From the IMG/VR virus record IMGVR_UViG_3300021957_003318: a stretch of 34,651 bases of DNA; one strand, 5' to 3'. The notes below the pieces were generated by a model. That model worked only from the letters and a program-made list of their open reading frames with translations, searched no databases and had not been told where the DNA came from. This DNA comes from an uncultured virus (IMG/VR IMGVR_UViG_3300021957_003318). Taxonomy: Duplodnaviria; Heunggongvirae; Uroviricota; Caudoviricetes; Demerecviridae. The position numbers and the translations under genes were made by a program. Numbering within the stretch: the stretch's first letter is position 1; every line of letters begins with the position of its first letter. This document shows, one piece after another, positions 18,445-27,169 of the stretch.

Positions 18445-19112
18445 TGTTCATATCCTTTTTCTACTCCTGATTTCTCAGCGTAAAAGAAGAATATTTGTAT
18501 TAGTCTACCTGTTTCTTTATCATGTCCAAACCCTGCATTATAAGGGGCATGCCAGTAAGTTGCTGGATATACTACTATTCTGTTGTAGAGATTGTCTACA
18601 TAAGTATGTAATTCCCACTCTTCTTTCTCTCTGTACTGCCACTCTCCTCTAAAACCTACTGTTTTGTTATAAGTGTACTCTGGAGTTACCCAGTTTGAGT
18701 TGTTCTTGTTAGACCTAAACAAAGCAGTCCCATGCCCTCTAGGAGCATTAGGAGATAAATAGCAAACAGCAGCAAACATTTGACTCTGTAGTTCTTTGCT
18801 TCGTTTCTTCTCATGATTACCTTTGTCCATATGAACCCAGTTATCATACTTTAAACCTTGTGAGTTAAACTCTTTACCTAAAGTAAAGGCTGCATTACTG
18901 TTGCTTGATGGAAATTGTACTATCTTTCTATTGATTAACTGTTCCATTCTATTTTTACAGTATAGTCTATTCTGTGTAGAAAAAGAACCTAAAGTTCTTT
19001 GACCTGCAAACATATTCTTATGACCCTTTTGTCCAGGGTATAAAAACATATCAAGTGCGCTCTTACGCACCTCATCTGGGTTTGGATAAAAATCGTCTTC
19101 AACTACTATCAT
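18438..19112 (-). CDS. 2OG-Fe(II) oxygenase (DUF6445-like)
   Basis: VVEDDFYPNPDEVR, WVHMD (HxD), AAVCYLSP, GTALF, YNRIVVY...H, RLIQIFF. Confidence 0.85.
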   Translation of the reverse strand: MIVVEDDFYPNPDEVRKSALDMFLYPGQKGHKNMFAGQRTLGSFSTQNRLYCKNRMEQLINRKIVQFPSSNSNAAFTLGKEFNSQGLKYDNWVHMDKGNHEKKRSKELQSQMFAAVCYLSPNAPRGHGTALFRSNKNNSNWVTPEYTYNKTVGFRGEWQYREKEEWELHTYVDNLYNRIVVYPATYWHAPYNAGFGHDKETGRLIQIFFFYAEKSGVEKGYEQC

Positions 19113-19312
19113 TTTAGTAATTCATCAACTACATCTATTCCACCCTCTATTTTTGCGAGGTACTCTTTTTTATCAGCTAACTTTTTCTCTAGTATGCCAA
19201 TCTCAGCACTAACCTTTTCATGTTGTACTTGTAAGTTTTGTTTTACTACTTCTGCTTTTCCCATAACTCTTGGAGGCTCCTCTGCCACTGCTATTAATTC
19301 TGACAAGTTCAC
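19109..19312 (-). CDS. Hypothetical coiled-coil protein
   Basis: 67 aa, 4-nt overlaps with both neighbours. Confidence 0.65.
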   Translation of the reverse strand: MNLSELIAVAEEPPRVMGKAEVVKQNLQVQHEKVSAEIGILEKKLADKKEYLAKIEGGIDVVDELLK

Positions 19313-19503
19313 GATGAGTGTCTCTTGCCTTGCATTCTTACGCCATTTAATAATTTATATTCTTCGCCATTGCTTTTTCTAACAACAATAGGTCGTCTAG
19401 TAAAGTATAAATTGTTTAATCTTTTCTTGATTGCTTCATGCATCTCTTCTTCTGTAATGCTGTCTGGAAATACCATTGACATGCCATTTACTTCTATTTT
19501 CAT
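19309..19503 (-). CDS. Hypothetical protein
   Basis: 64 aa, ATGA coupling. Confidence 0.65.
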   Translation of the reverse strand: MKIEVNGMSMVFPDSITEEEMHEAIKKRLNNLYFTRRPIVVRKSNGEEYKLLNGVRMQGKRHSS

Positions 19504-20099
19504 GTTGCTGTTATCCTTTTCTCATAGTCAGCGTAGTCTTCGCTCCACCAATGAGGCTTGTCTCTGTGAGACCATGCGGCGAACGTAGCTTTGTCTAGAT
19601 GATAGTAGTCCCGATAGCTTTGTATCGGATTCTCATAATCTTTCAAGTCATCTGGCATTGCTAGTCCAAATTCTGTAAATCCAAGTCTGGGCATATTCTT
19701 TGGCTCAGGTAGTTTATTTACTACTTCTACTATAGATTTGTGTTGTTTACCATAACGATAGTGGTACTCATCATTCAATGCGTTAGCATAACAATGAGTC
19801 CACTCAAAGTTATCCAAGCTCGACCTAACCCATATCGTGCAGGGATGATTATACATCATCGGCAAGTAGGGCGTGAGTGGTCGCTGGTCAAGCGGTAGGT
19901 GCTTAATCTTGGCTTTCTCACTATTTAGTACCTCACGTTCGTCCTTGTCAAGCGCACGGGGTACAAAACCTAGTTTGGCATCAATCCATATCGCAGTACA
20001 TAAGAGTTGTGCTGCCTCGAGAGGCATCTTTACTATGTGCTTGTCGACATGATACTCTGCGCATTTGTCTAGGTCTTCGTCTAAATAAAATAAATTCAT
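19500..20099 (-). CDS. Pyrimidine-dimer DNA glycosylase (DenV-related) family protein
   Basis: MNLFYLD...HVDKHIVKMPLEAAQLL...NHPCTIW...EYHYRYGKQH...AMPD...YRDYY; start at 20099 by TAATG coupling. Confidence 0.8.
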   Translation of the reverse strand: MNLFYLDEDLDKCAEYHVDKHIVKMPLEAAQLLCTAIWIDAKLGFVPRALDKDEREVLNSEKAKIKHLPLDQRPLTPYLPMMYNHPCTIWVRSSLDNFEWTHCYANALNDEYHYRYGKQHKSIVEVVNKLPEPKNMPRLGFTEFGLAMPDDLKDYENPIQSYRDYYHLDKATFAAWSHRDKPHWWSEDYADYEKRITAT

Positions 20100-20257
20100 T
20101 ACGCAATCCAGCACTTATACTTAGGACATTCGCCAGTATCTGACTGTACTGATGTTCCGCAGTGTTTGCACTCTCCGTAATGGTATGTTTCAAACTCTTT
20201 TGTTTCTGAGTTCCACATATTAACTGTTTTGTGTTCGTTGTATTCTGTATTTTTCAT
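20099..20257 (-). CDS. Small Cys-rich (zinc-ribbon-like) protein, 52 aa, leaderless; not in the ORF track
   Basis: MKNTEYNEHKTVNMWNSETKEFETYHYGECKHCGTSVQSDTGECPKYKCWIA*; ATG 6 nt after a TATAAT; stop overlaps the next ATG. Confidence 0.7.
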   Translation of the reverse strand: MKNTEYNEHKTVNMWNSETKEFETYHYGECKHCGTSVQSDTGECPKYKCWIA

Positions 20258-20263
20258 ATGTAT

Positions 20264-20302
20264 ATTATACTAAAATTATAAGCATATGTCAAGTATTATT
20301 TT
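20264..20302 (-). promoter_or_regulatory. Sigma70-type promoter
   Basis: TTGACA(20292-20287)-17-TATAAT(20269-20264). Confidence 0.85.
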
Positions 20303-20393
20303 CTGATTTCTTACAATATGGACACCTCATGCTAATGGGTACATAAACTATATTACGTACCCACTTGCAATAGTGTTTCCACATCGACTCCAT
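20289..20393 (-). CDS. Possible small metal-binding protein (34 aa)
   Basis: MESMWKHYCKWVRNIVYVPISMRCPYCKKSENNT*; HxC...CxxC; fills an intergenic gap; weak RBS. Confidence 0.4.
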   Translation of the reverse strand: MESMWKHYCKWVRNIVYVPISMRCPYCKKSENNT

Positions 20394-20396
20394 GGT

Positions 20397-20774
20397 TTAC
20401 TTGCTATTGATTTTGTCCTTTGCTGTACCAGCGTAAAGTCCAAACCAAGCCGCACCTGCACCAACAACAATACTAATCAAACCTGATTGTTCCATTGAAG
20501 GGTCTGGTAAATCCATAAACCATATTGTACATTTATAGAGTAGTACAATGTATACTGTTAGAAATAAACGAGGGAAGATTCTCCAAGCGTCTATCATTGA
20601 AGATAGCCAAATCCAGCGTTGCCACGGATTCTCAGGTTCTTTATCGTTTTCTAACTTTAATATTTCAGCTTTCAGATTACTGTTTTCGGTGACGAGTTCC
20701 ATAAACTTATTAAGGTCTATCTCTACTTCGTTCCGTGACATATCTCCTGAAAACTGATTACTTGGTTCTGCCAT
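20397..20774 (-). CDS. Two-TM membrane protein, holin candidate
   Basis: N-terminal coiled coil, DAWRIFPR, two hydrophobic helices, basic C-terminus; AGGAG RBS. The holin role is inference. Confidence 0.6.
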   Translation of the reverse strand: MAEPSNQFSGDMSRNEVEIDLNKFMELVTENSNLKAEILKLENDKEPENPWQRWIWLSSMIDAWRIFPRLFLTVYIVLLYKCTIWFMDLPDPSMEQSGLISIVVGAGAAWFGLYAGTAKDKINSK

Positions 20775-20783
20775 ATTGTTCTC

Positions 20784-21470
20784 CTACGGCTTCCAATCGT
20801 ACCAATCTTTCCTTTTAAATGGTTTGTCTCCTCTTTCTTGAAAGTGAAAACTAATTGATATTCTTGGACTCAGGGTCTCGACCCTATGATATTGTCCCTT
20901 AGGAATGTAAAGTAAATCACCTTCGTCAAGGACAAAACTTTCGAGTAAGGTTGCAGAGCCAGGATTGTAAGGCATTCCTGGACGGTGGAATTCATTATAT
21001 ATAAACCACCTTATCTTACCCCTTACATGAAATAAAAAATTATCTGTAGAGTCAGAATGAATACTAAATACTTTTGCATCTTTTTGACCACTGCAATAAA
21101 TATTTGCTTGTCCAATACCATAATGTTTCTCAAACTCTTGGCACTGTTGCCACATTTGTTTGTTAAGAAACTCACTGATGGTCAGTATAAAACTATGTCC
21201 ATCTCTCCACATTTTCAATAAATCTTCTCTAGTTTTTGGTTCAGGTGACTTTTTCTTGCACCACTTGTTACCATCATGGTCAACTACTTGTAGTTGTGGG
21301 GTTCTATCCCATTGACTGATTTTGTACTGATTTAAATAGTTGTCAAATTCTTTCCAACTAAAGTAATCTTGAAATCTATCTTCAGACTTAATTACAAAGT
21401 GTCTTTTACCTTTGTATCTTTCGTTAAATTGTTTAAGACCCACTGGGCCTAGCAGCTCCTCAAACTTCAA
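20784..21470 (-). CDS. JmjC/cupin-4 2OG-Fe(II) oxygenase (YcfD/ROX-like)
   Basis: ANIYCS...FSIHSDSTDNFLFHVRGKIRW...LDEGDLLYIPKGQYH...RISISF. Confidence 0.9.
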   Translation of the reverse strand: MKFEELLGPVGLKQFNERYKGKRHFVIKSEDRFQDYFSWKEFDNYLNQYKISQWDRTPQLQVVDHDGNKWCKKKSPEPKTREDLLKMWRDGHSFILTISEFLNKQMWQQCQEFEKHYGIGQANIYCSGQKDAKVFSIHSDSTDNFLFHVRGKIRWFIYNEFHRPGMPYNPGSATLLESFVLDEGDLLYIPKGQYHRVETLSPRISISFHFQERGDKPFKRKDWYDWKP

Positions 21471-22443
21471 GGTCTCTTACCTCATCTACTAATTGCCACC
21501 AATAATCTGTTATATCTCTTCTTTTGTGGGTTGCTTTTGCAGTCATCAAATATGGACTATGCCACGGCTGAAAACTAAGTGCGGTTAAATGTAAGTGAAA
21601 GATATTGTCTAAAGGGTACTGTGGTAACGTATTTTCTTTTGCGTTATACTCTCCATCTGTGATGTCTCCATCAAAACAGTTCCATCTAGAATCTACTCTA
21701 ACTACTGCTGGATTATCTGATGCATCATTTGGATTGCCTCTTTCTCTTATTCTTTGCATAAACATCCATTTGAAACTAGGTTGTGTAGCGCCCCAGCTAT
21801 GGCACTCATCCCAAGTAAAAAATTCTTGAGTCTTGGAACAGTCCATCATCATCATACTATCGCAATATCCTCCTCTCGGACCTCCCTTTACTGTTAGTTT
21901 TGAGTCATATATCATTGCGAAAGGTCTACCTAACATATTTATAGAATAAAACTCTGCAATATTTCTAAAGTTTATCATATCCATATCCATATAGATAGCA
22001 TTGCCCTTAAAGCCCATAAGTTTTGGTATTACATAGCGTAATCCTGTAAATGGAGTTCCCCAACCAAATGATGACACTCCAGGAAACATACTAGGTCTTA
22101 GAAAGGTTACATTTAAAGGTCTAGTAGAGTTTTTGTGTAGTGTATATAATAATACTTTTTCTTGTATTCTATCGGCAGGATGGTCACTTGCTCCAACAAA
22201 TATTGGTATAGGAGTTTGATTATGTGGTTTTGGTACTGCAATTGTGTGTGCGTTACCATCAATTTGTAAATGTTGGTTCAACTTATCGTTTGCTCTTAGA
22301 TATTTTTCATCTGCACCATGCCCTGTTACATTTTCTTCTATCTGTGTGTCTCCTTGATGGTGGTGAATATACTTTTCATCTACAGGTATATTAAAACTTG
22401 CATTAGTTTGATGTGTTTTTATTTCGTAAAAATCAGTTTTCAT
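21460..22443 (-). CDS. GT8-like glycosyltransferase
   Basis: IPIFVG...TPFTGLRYVIP..MGFKGNAIYMDMDM, SMMMMDC, WNCFD, HLT...QPW. Confidence 0.8.
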   Translation of the reverse strand: MKTDFYEIKTHQTNASFNIPVDEKYIHHHQGDTQIEENVTGHGADEKYLRANDKLNQHLQIDGNAHTIAVPKPHNQTPIPIFVGASDHPADRIQEKVLLYTLHKNSTRPLNVTFLRPSMFPGVSSFGWGTPFTGLRYVIPKLMGFKGNAIYMDMDMINFRNIAEFYSINMLGRPFAMIYDSKLTVKGGPRGGYCDSMMMMDCSKTQEFFTWDECHSWGATQPSFKWMFMQRIRERGNPNDASDNPAVVRVDSRWNCFDGDITDGEYNAKENTLPQYPLDNIFHLHLTALSFQPWHSPYLMTAKATHKRRDITDYWWQLVDEVRDLEV

Positions 22444-22943
22444 TTATATAATACCTCTATAAAACTATGCCCCTCTTCTGGGTATACACAACTTACTGAT
22501 GTGTTTCCTACTACATCATACTCCTCTTCTTCAACATCTCTTACCCATATCCTTTTTTGATTCCAAAAATCTGATCTCCATGAAGGTGTAGTGTTTACTT
22601 TGTCTATCTCTCCCATTAATGCTACAGGGTCTCTTTCTACGCTACCTACTAGTATATTGCTATTTAAAGATATATACACAGCTTTTCTTTTCATAGGTTG
22701 ATGAAAGCCTCTGCCTTTGAATTTTATTAGGGTTATTTTTAGGGGAGTTGAGTACTGGTCAAAAGTGCCTGTTAAGTTTAATTCTCTTACGACTTTCTCT
22801 TTGTACTGTTGCCATAGGGGATGGGTGTGGTTGTAGTCACCTCTTTTGTAGAATAGTATAGCATCACACCAAGGAGCTGTCCAATCACTGCTCCATACGT
22901 TTCTACTTGCTATCGATTTTATTACTGATATTGTTAAGTTCAT
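22440..22943 (-). CDS. Hypothetical protein
   Basis: 167 aa ORF coupled to the downstream gene. Confidence 0.6.
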   Translation of the reverse strand: MNLTISVIKSIASRNVWSSDWTAPWCDAILFYKRGDYNHTHPLWQQYKEKVVRELNLTGTFDQYSTPLKITLIKFKGRGFHQPMKRKAVYISLNSNILVGSVERDPVALMGEIDKVNTTPSWRSDFWNQKRIWVRDVEEEEYDVVGNTSVSCVYPEEGHSFIEVLYK

Positions 22944-23178
22944 TTTCTAAAGTTGTTATTCTGTTGATTAATTCGGGATAAACTTCAAACTCATGCAATT
23001 CTTTGCAGGGGTGTGAATTAGCTTCTAATTCTACTATTCTTTCTTCTAGTTCTTCGCTCCAATCTTCTAGTTCCCAAAATCTATCTTGTGCTGGTTGGTT
23101 TTTATCAAACCACTTAGCTGAAGAGTTTAGTTCTTTTCTCCAGAATAATAAAGTTAAAAATGCTTTTAGTTTGTCCAT
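22903..23178 (-). CDS. Hypothetical coiled-coil protein
   Basis: 91 aa, ELEERIVELEANSHP. Confidence 0.65.
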   Translation of the reverse strand: MDKLKAFLTLLFWRKELNSSAKWFDKNQPAQDRFWELEDWSEELEERIVELEANSHPCKELHEFEVYPELINRITTLENELNNISNKIDSK

Positions 23179-23897
23179 CGTTGGTTTACTACGGAGTATT
23201 CACTACTTGTTGTAGGTTTTACTCCTGAAATATCTGTTTTGTTTCCTTCTGCTAAAATTTGTGCAAACTCTTCCATAGTGGCTGTATATTTAGAAGGTAA
23301 TGTAAATTGTATTATAACTCTCTTGTGACTACCTAAATTTCTATCGGATAGATACTGTCTTCCGTCTAGTTTTCCTATTAAGCAATTCCAAGCTTTTTGT
23401 CCTGTATACTTAGAGTCTTTGTATTTGTAGTGTTTACCATCTGATACATAATTTGTAATACCAATACCTGAATTCCATATGAATCTTGCAAAGTTTACTG
23501 GTTTATTTTTACCACTGTGCCAAGGAGTCCACCCATGATGTTCGGGTTGTATTTCCCATGTGTCCATTTCCCATGCTTGATTATTAGTTGTCTTTCTTAT
23601 CCAATCTAGTAACTGGTACTTCGTAAAGCAAGGAACTGGTTTGTTAAATGTTTTTATTCCTGTTCTAGCTTCGGGATAATGTTCAAATTCACTTGTATTA
23701 AAATGTCTACCTGAATAGTCTACTCCATTAGATTCTTCTATTCTGCCATCATCTGCTGTCATAACTTCTTTTAATCTAGCCATGCTCACATTTGGACTAG
23801 GTAAATACCTAAATGTAGAAGGATGTCTTAGTACTTGTTGTGCTAATTTATCTAAATCTTCTAGTATACCTCTATTGTTTATTAAAAGTTTTTTCAT
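23166..23897 (-). CDS. Hypothetical protein, possibly a degenerate double-stranded beta-helix/2OG-oxygenase fold
   Basis: 243 aa; GWTPWH...RVIIQF pattern only loosely supportive. Confidence 0.5.
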   Translation of the reverse strand: MKKLLINNRGILEDLDKLAQQVLRHPSTFRYLPSPNVSMARLKEVMTADDGRIEESNGVDYSGRHFNTSEFEHYPEARTGIKTFNKPVPCFTKYQLLDWIRKTTNNQAWEMDTWEIQPEHHGWTPWHSGKNKPVNFARFIWNSGIGITNYVSDGKHYKYKDSKYTGQKAWNCLIGKLDGRQYLSDRNLGSHKRVIIQFTLPSKYTATMEEFAQILAEGNKTDISGVKPTTSSEYSVVNQRWTN

Positions 23898-24379
23898 TTG
23901 TCATCTTTTATCTCGCTTGGAGCTGTAACTGTTCGATAGTATATTACTACTTCTCCTAGTTGGTTGATGTACCTTTTTAATTCTTGCATATCTTCTGACA
24001 TGACTTTATAATCACCAATGGTCGTTCCTACAAATAGTACTTCTCCATTGTTTTGTTCTTTCATTTCATCCAAGAACTGGTCTAGGTAGGTATAACCTTC
24101 TGGCCACTCTGGATTTTCTGTATCTTCTTTAAGACAAGTCTTTGGTCTTTTCATACTACCATCATCTTGTACTCTTTTGATACATGGGTTTGTAATTCTT
24201 GCATTTGATACTACCCACCACTGAGGAGCTGTAAGCTCTACTGGTCTTGGTAAATCAGGTTGCATGATGTCGATTTCAATTGGTTTTGATACTATCTCTA
24301 CTTTCTTAGTAGGAAGTAAACTACAACTACTAATCGTTAGTGCTAGGCACAGTAAGCTCGTATAACTTTTCTGTATCAT
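23894..24379 (-). CDS. Outer-membrane spanin (Rz1-like lipoprotein)
   Basis: Lipobox LTISSC, proline-rich region, overlaps the 3' end of the i-spanin. Confidence 0.75.
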   Translation of the reverse strand: MIQKSYTSLLCLALTISSCSLLPTKKVEIVSKPIEIDIMQPDLPRPVELTAPQWWVVSNARITNPCIKRVQDDGSMKRPKTCLKEDTENPEWPEGYTYLDQFLDEMKEQNNGEVLFVGTTIGDYKVMSEDMQELKRYINQLGEVVIYYRTVTAPSEIKDDK

Positions 24380-24713
24380 CTTCCATTCCCTCCATCACTT
24401 TTTCACTACCATTGTTGAACCTGTTAGTCATAAGACCAGGCTTTTTCAATGCTAGCATATCTAAATTGTGTCTGCTAAATATTGCAAGATACTCTGCTTT
24501 TTCAGCTTCTATTTCTGAGTTTCTTCTAGACATACTCATAAGAGACTTACCTTGTTTTTCGTAAGACTCTCGCAGTGTGTCCATTGCCTCTTGCTGGGCT
24601 TGTACTGCATTTTCTAACTTGATATTGTTTTCTTTTAAGGTTTCATTCTGACTGTATAGAAAGTAGCATAGACCTCCTAATACAACTAATCCACCTATTG
24701 TTAATTGGTTCAT
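24330..24713 (-). CDS. Inner-membrane spanin (Rz-like)
   Basis: N-terminal TM, long coiled coil, KKPGL motif; two genes downstream of the lysozyme. Confidence 0.78.
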   Translation of the reverse strand: MNQLTIGGLVVLGGLCYFLYSQNETLKENNIKLENAVQAQQEAMDTLRESYEKQGKSLMSMSRRNSEIEAEKAEYLAIFSRHNLDMLALKKPGLMTNRFNNGSEKVMEGMEDDTEKLYELTVPSTND

Positions 24714-24949
24714 AATTCTTGAATCCTGTAATTAAGTCCATCAGCACCACTAATTTCCACTAGTTCTCCTTCTTCTGTTATGAATGATATATACTTTGGT
24801 TGCTTTTTGATGAACTTCTTGACGATAAACTCTTGGTCGTCTGCATCTCCCCAAGTAGCATTATAACTAACTTTGAGACTATAATAGGTAATGAATAAGT
24901 TTTTAAACCAAAACCACCACTCACCTACTTTATCTAGAAACTTAGACAT
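24710..24949 (-). CDS. Hypothetical protein inside the lysis cassette
   Basis: 79 aa, overlaps the lysozyme stop and the i-spanin start. Confidence 0.7.
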   Translation of the reverse strand: MSKFLDKVGEWWFWFKNLFITYYSLKVSYNATWGDADDQEFIVKKFIKKQPKYISFITEEGELVEISGADGLNYRIQEL

Positions 24950-25385
24950 TGCTCCAGTCTTTCCCCTCGTATAGTAAAGCTTCTGCTTCCCTTCTTCGGA
25001 TTAATCCTTCAAGCACTTTACCACCTGCCTTGTTCCACCTTTTGATTTGAGCAGGTACACCAGCATGGTCGCTAGCGTTGATGACTTTCAACATAGTTGA
25101 AGCGCGAAGATTTCCATTACCTAGATTGAACACCCATGATACAATTGCATCGAATTGGCACTGAGAAAGTGGAACGGTTACGGCTGTGTTCACATAGTTT
25201 TCGTACTCCTCTATCTCGTGTACTAGCATCTCATCTGCTTCTGCTTTAGTAACTACATCTCCTTCTTTGACATCTTTTATATGTCCATATCCGATAGTCC
25301 ATACTCCAGCCGCGCACTTGTACGCTTCTGTTTCCATACCTTCGAACTTTTTAATTAGGGATAATCCCTCTATTGAAATTTGCAT
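24942..25385 (-). CDS. Endolysin, GH24 phage lysozyme
   Basis: IKKFEG...AYKCAAGVWTIGYGH...QFDAIVSWVFNLG...WNKAGGKVLEGLIRRREAE; AGGAG RBS before ATG 25385. Confidence 0.96.
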   Translation of the reverse strand: MQISIEGLSLIKKFEGMETEAYKCAAGVWTIGYGHIKDVKEGDVVTKAEADEMLVHEIEEYENYVNTAVTVPLSQCQFDAIVSWVFNLGNGNLRASTMLKVINASDHAGVPAQIKRWNKAGGKVLEGLIRRREAEALLYEGKDWSNV

Positions 25386-25402
25386 ATTTTCTCCTATAGG
25401 TT

Positions 25403-25420
25403 GGGGAGCCGAAGCTCCCC
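25403..25420 (-). other. Stable cUUCGg hairpin without a U-tract, upstream of the endolysin RBS
   Basis: Minus strand GGGGAGC-TTCG-GCTCCCC. Confidence 0.7.
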
Positions 25421-25437
25421 TAATACATTCTGACAGT

Positions 25438-25566
25438 TTAAGTAAGTACCGTAACACTCTGCACCATTATGCCACCAAAGGCTACCACTAATGTATAATT
25501 AGCTACCATGTTGCAGAACTCTCCGTTCTCACATATACTATCACGAACTTTTGATAATGTTTTCAT
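25438..25566 (-). CDS. Small protein with hydrophobic C-terminus (42 aa), not in the ORF track
   Basis: MKTLSKVRDSICENGEFCNMVANYTLVVAFGGIMVQSVTVLT*; TGATG coupling to Hsp20. Confidence 0.65.
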   Translation of the reverse strand: MKTLSKVRDSICENGEFCNMVANYTLVVAFGGIMVQSVTVLT

Positions 25567-25958
25567 CAATTAATCTCCAAGATTTTCCTCTTGGAATCTG
25601 GAGTTCGTAACAGTCTGATTGTCAGCAATCCGTCTTGTAGACTTACTTCTTCTACTTGTAGGTCGGCGTTTAGAATAAATCTTCGTTCAAAAGACTTTAA
25701 ACTTAATCCTTGATGAATGAAATTTTCATCTTCTCCTAGTTTTGTTTCTTTTTTACCCTTTATGTGGAGTTCTTTGTTATCAAAGACAATCTCCAGTTCT
25801 TCTTTTTTCCACCCTGGCACTGCGACTTCTATACGATAGTCTCCTGCCTTTTCGATTAGGTTATATCTAGGATATGCTGCATCCGTATAAGACGGCAGTG
25901 TAGGCATATCCAATCCAAGCCAAAATTTGCTTAAATCTATACTCATAATTTTCTCCAT
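25566..25958 (-). CDS. Small heat-shock protein Hsp20 (IbpA-like)
   Basis: YPRYNL...YRIEVAVPGW...FIHQGLSLKSFERRF...LQDGLLTI. Alternative start at 25946. Confidence 0.95.
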   Translation of the reverse strand: MEKIMSIDLSKFWLGLDMPTLPSYTDAAYPRYNLIEKAGDYRIEVAVPGWKKEELEIVFDNKELHIKGKKETKLGEDENFIHQGLSLKSFERRFILNADLQVEEVSLQDGLLTIRLLRTPDSKRKILEIN

Positions 25959-26038
25959 AATTCCTTTTCAGTAAATAATTCACGCCTCCTTACGGTAGAC
26001 GCACCAATATGCAAGTGAATTCTATCACTTACTAAATA

Positions 26039-26078
26039 ATTATATCAAAAATTAACCTTGATGTCAAGAACTATTTTT
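26039..26078 (-). promoter_or_regulatory. Sigma70-type promoter for the hsp20-lysis operon
   Basis: AAAAATAGTTC-TTGACA(26067-26062)-17-TATAAT(26044-26039). Confidence 0.85.
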
Positions 26079-26217
26079 CAGAGTCATCAAACTCTATGAG
26101 TCCTTTCTCTTCCAAATAGTCTACCGTGGTTTGGATTCCGATTTGTTTTCCTATCGTATATGCACAAGCTGTACACATAACTAAGAATATTCCATAACTT
26201 ATATCATTTTCTATCAT
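26071..26217 (-). CDS. Small single-TM hypothetical protein (48 aa), leaderless
   Basis: MIENDISYGIFLVMCTACAYTIGKQIGIQTTVDYLEEKGLIEF...; the track's longer start falls on the promoter's -35. Confidence 0.65.
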   Translation of the reverse strand: MIENDISYGIFLVMCTACAYTIGKQIGIQTTVDYLEEKGLIEFDDSEK

Positions 26218-26224
26218 AGATAAT

Positions 26225-26313
26225 ATTATAGCAACTTTCCAAGCATAAGTCAAGAATTATGTTCAACATACCTAAAAATAGTTCTTGACTTTCGCTCAAA
26301 ATTTTTGTATAAT
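26225..26313. promoter_or_regulatory. Divergent pair of sigma70-type promoters
   Basis: Minus: TTGACT(26253-26248)-17-TATAAT(26230-26225). Plus: AAAATAGTTC-TTGACT(26285-26290)-17-TATAAT(26308-26313). Confidence 0.85.
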
Positions 26314-26321
26314 ATAGACAT

Positions 26322-26498
26322 ATGAAAAGAACATGGACTATAACAGAAAAAGAATACATCAGACGGCATTACAATGTAAAGTCAACGGAAGATATTGCAC
26401 TTGCACTGGACAGGAGTCCAGCATCTGTCACCTCATTAGTATACTATCTAAGAAAACGTGGATGGACTTTCAACAGGAGGTCAGATGCCAAGAGTTGA
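26322..26498 (+). CDS. Small HTH DNA-binding protein (58 aa), leaderless; not in the ORF track
   Basis: MKRTWTITEKEYIRRHYNVKSTEDIALALDRSPASVTSLVYYLRKRGWTFNRRSDAKS*; WT..E...IA..L.RS..SV pattern. Confidence 0.75.
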   Translation: MKRTWTITEKEYIRRHYNVKSTEDIALALDRSPASVTSLVYYLRKRGWTFNRRSDAKS

Positions 26499-26712
26499 TG
26501 CTAAGAACATGAGTTTTGAAAAAGCACTGAGAATCTTTCGCAAAAAATGTGACAATGCTGGGATAAAAGAAGAGTGCAGAGATAGAAAATATTACATCAA
26601 ACCCAATGTCAAAAAGAATCAAACGAATAACTATAGGAAAAGAACACGAGAGTTAGAGGCACGAAAAGCATTTCAACTCGAAAGAAGATTACGAATCACA
26701 AAGAGAATCTAA
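26485..26712 (+). CDS. rpsU: 30S ribosomal protein bS21
   Basis: AGGAGG RBS; MPRVDAKNMSFEKALRIFRKKCDNAGIKEECRDRKYYIKP matches the bS21 signature FE.ALR.FK....AG...E.R.R..Y.KP. Confidence 0.92.
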   Translation: MPRVDAKNMSFEKALRIFRKKCDNAGIKEECRDRKYYIKPNVKKNQTNNYRKRTRELEARKAFQLERRLRITKRI

Positions 26713-26835
26713 CCTATAGAAAATTGTCTTCATAATAGAACTAAATTTCACAACCCTCACAGAAACCCCAAACTATTTTATTATAACCCGAACCCAATCC
26801 AAAACACAAATCCATACTGCTGAGAAAAACACTTC

Positions 26836-26864
26836 TTGCATTATGATAAAAAGTGTGATAAAAT
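26836..26864 (+). promoter_or_regulatory. Sigma70-type promoter with no downstream ORF
   Basis: TTGCAT(26836-26841)-17-TAAAAT(26859-26864), with extended -10 TG. Confidence 0.65.
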
Positions 26865-26870
26865 ATTTAT

Positions 26871-27019
26871 ATTAATTTGATATACAGTCAATACAAACTA
26901 CCAGTTACACTGGTTCTTCCTAACTGATGTATGATGCTGGAGTGAAGCGTCAGCGGGAACGACAGCAGAACATCCAATCTGGGAAAGAGATACAGTGTTT
27001 ATTGTATAATCAATATCAA
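26871..27019 (+). ncRNA. Candidate rod-shaped ncRNA (or origin hairpin)
   Basis: Nested pairs TTGATAT/ATATCAA, ACACTG/CAGTGT, TCTTCC/GGGAAAGA (imperfect), GATGT/ACATC, TGCTG/CAGCA, directly after a promoter. Confidence 0.5.
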
Positions 27020-27145
27020 CAAGATACAACCAAGTATCGACTAAGTTCAACTCATGAGCTTATAAACTCAACATAACAACTAATTCGTACAAACTCGTCT
27101 GAAACTAATGAAACTTGCACCAATTCAAATTTTTTTAAAGCACAC

Positions 27146-27169
27146 AAAAAACCCACAATTAAGTGGGTT
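27146..27169 (-). terminator. Intrinsic terminator at the point of convergent transcription
   Basis: Minus strand AACCCAC-TTAATT-GTGGGTT-TTTT. Confidence 0.75.
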
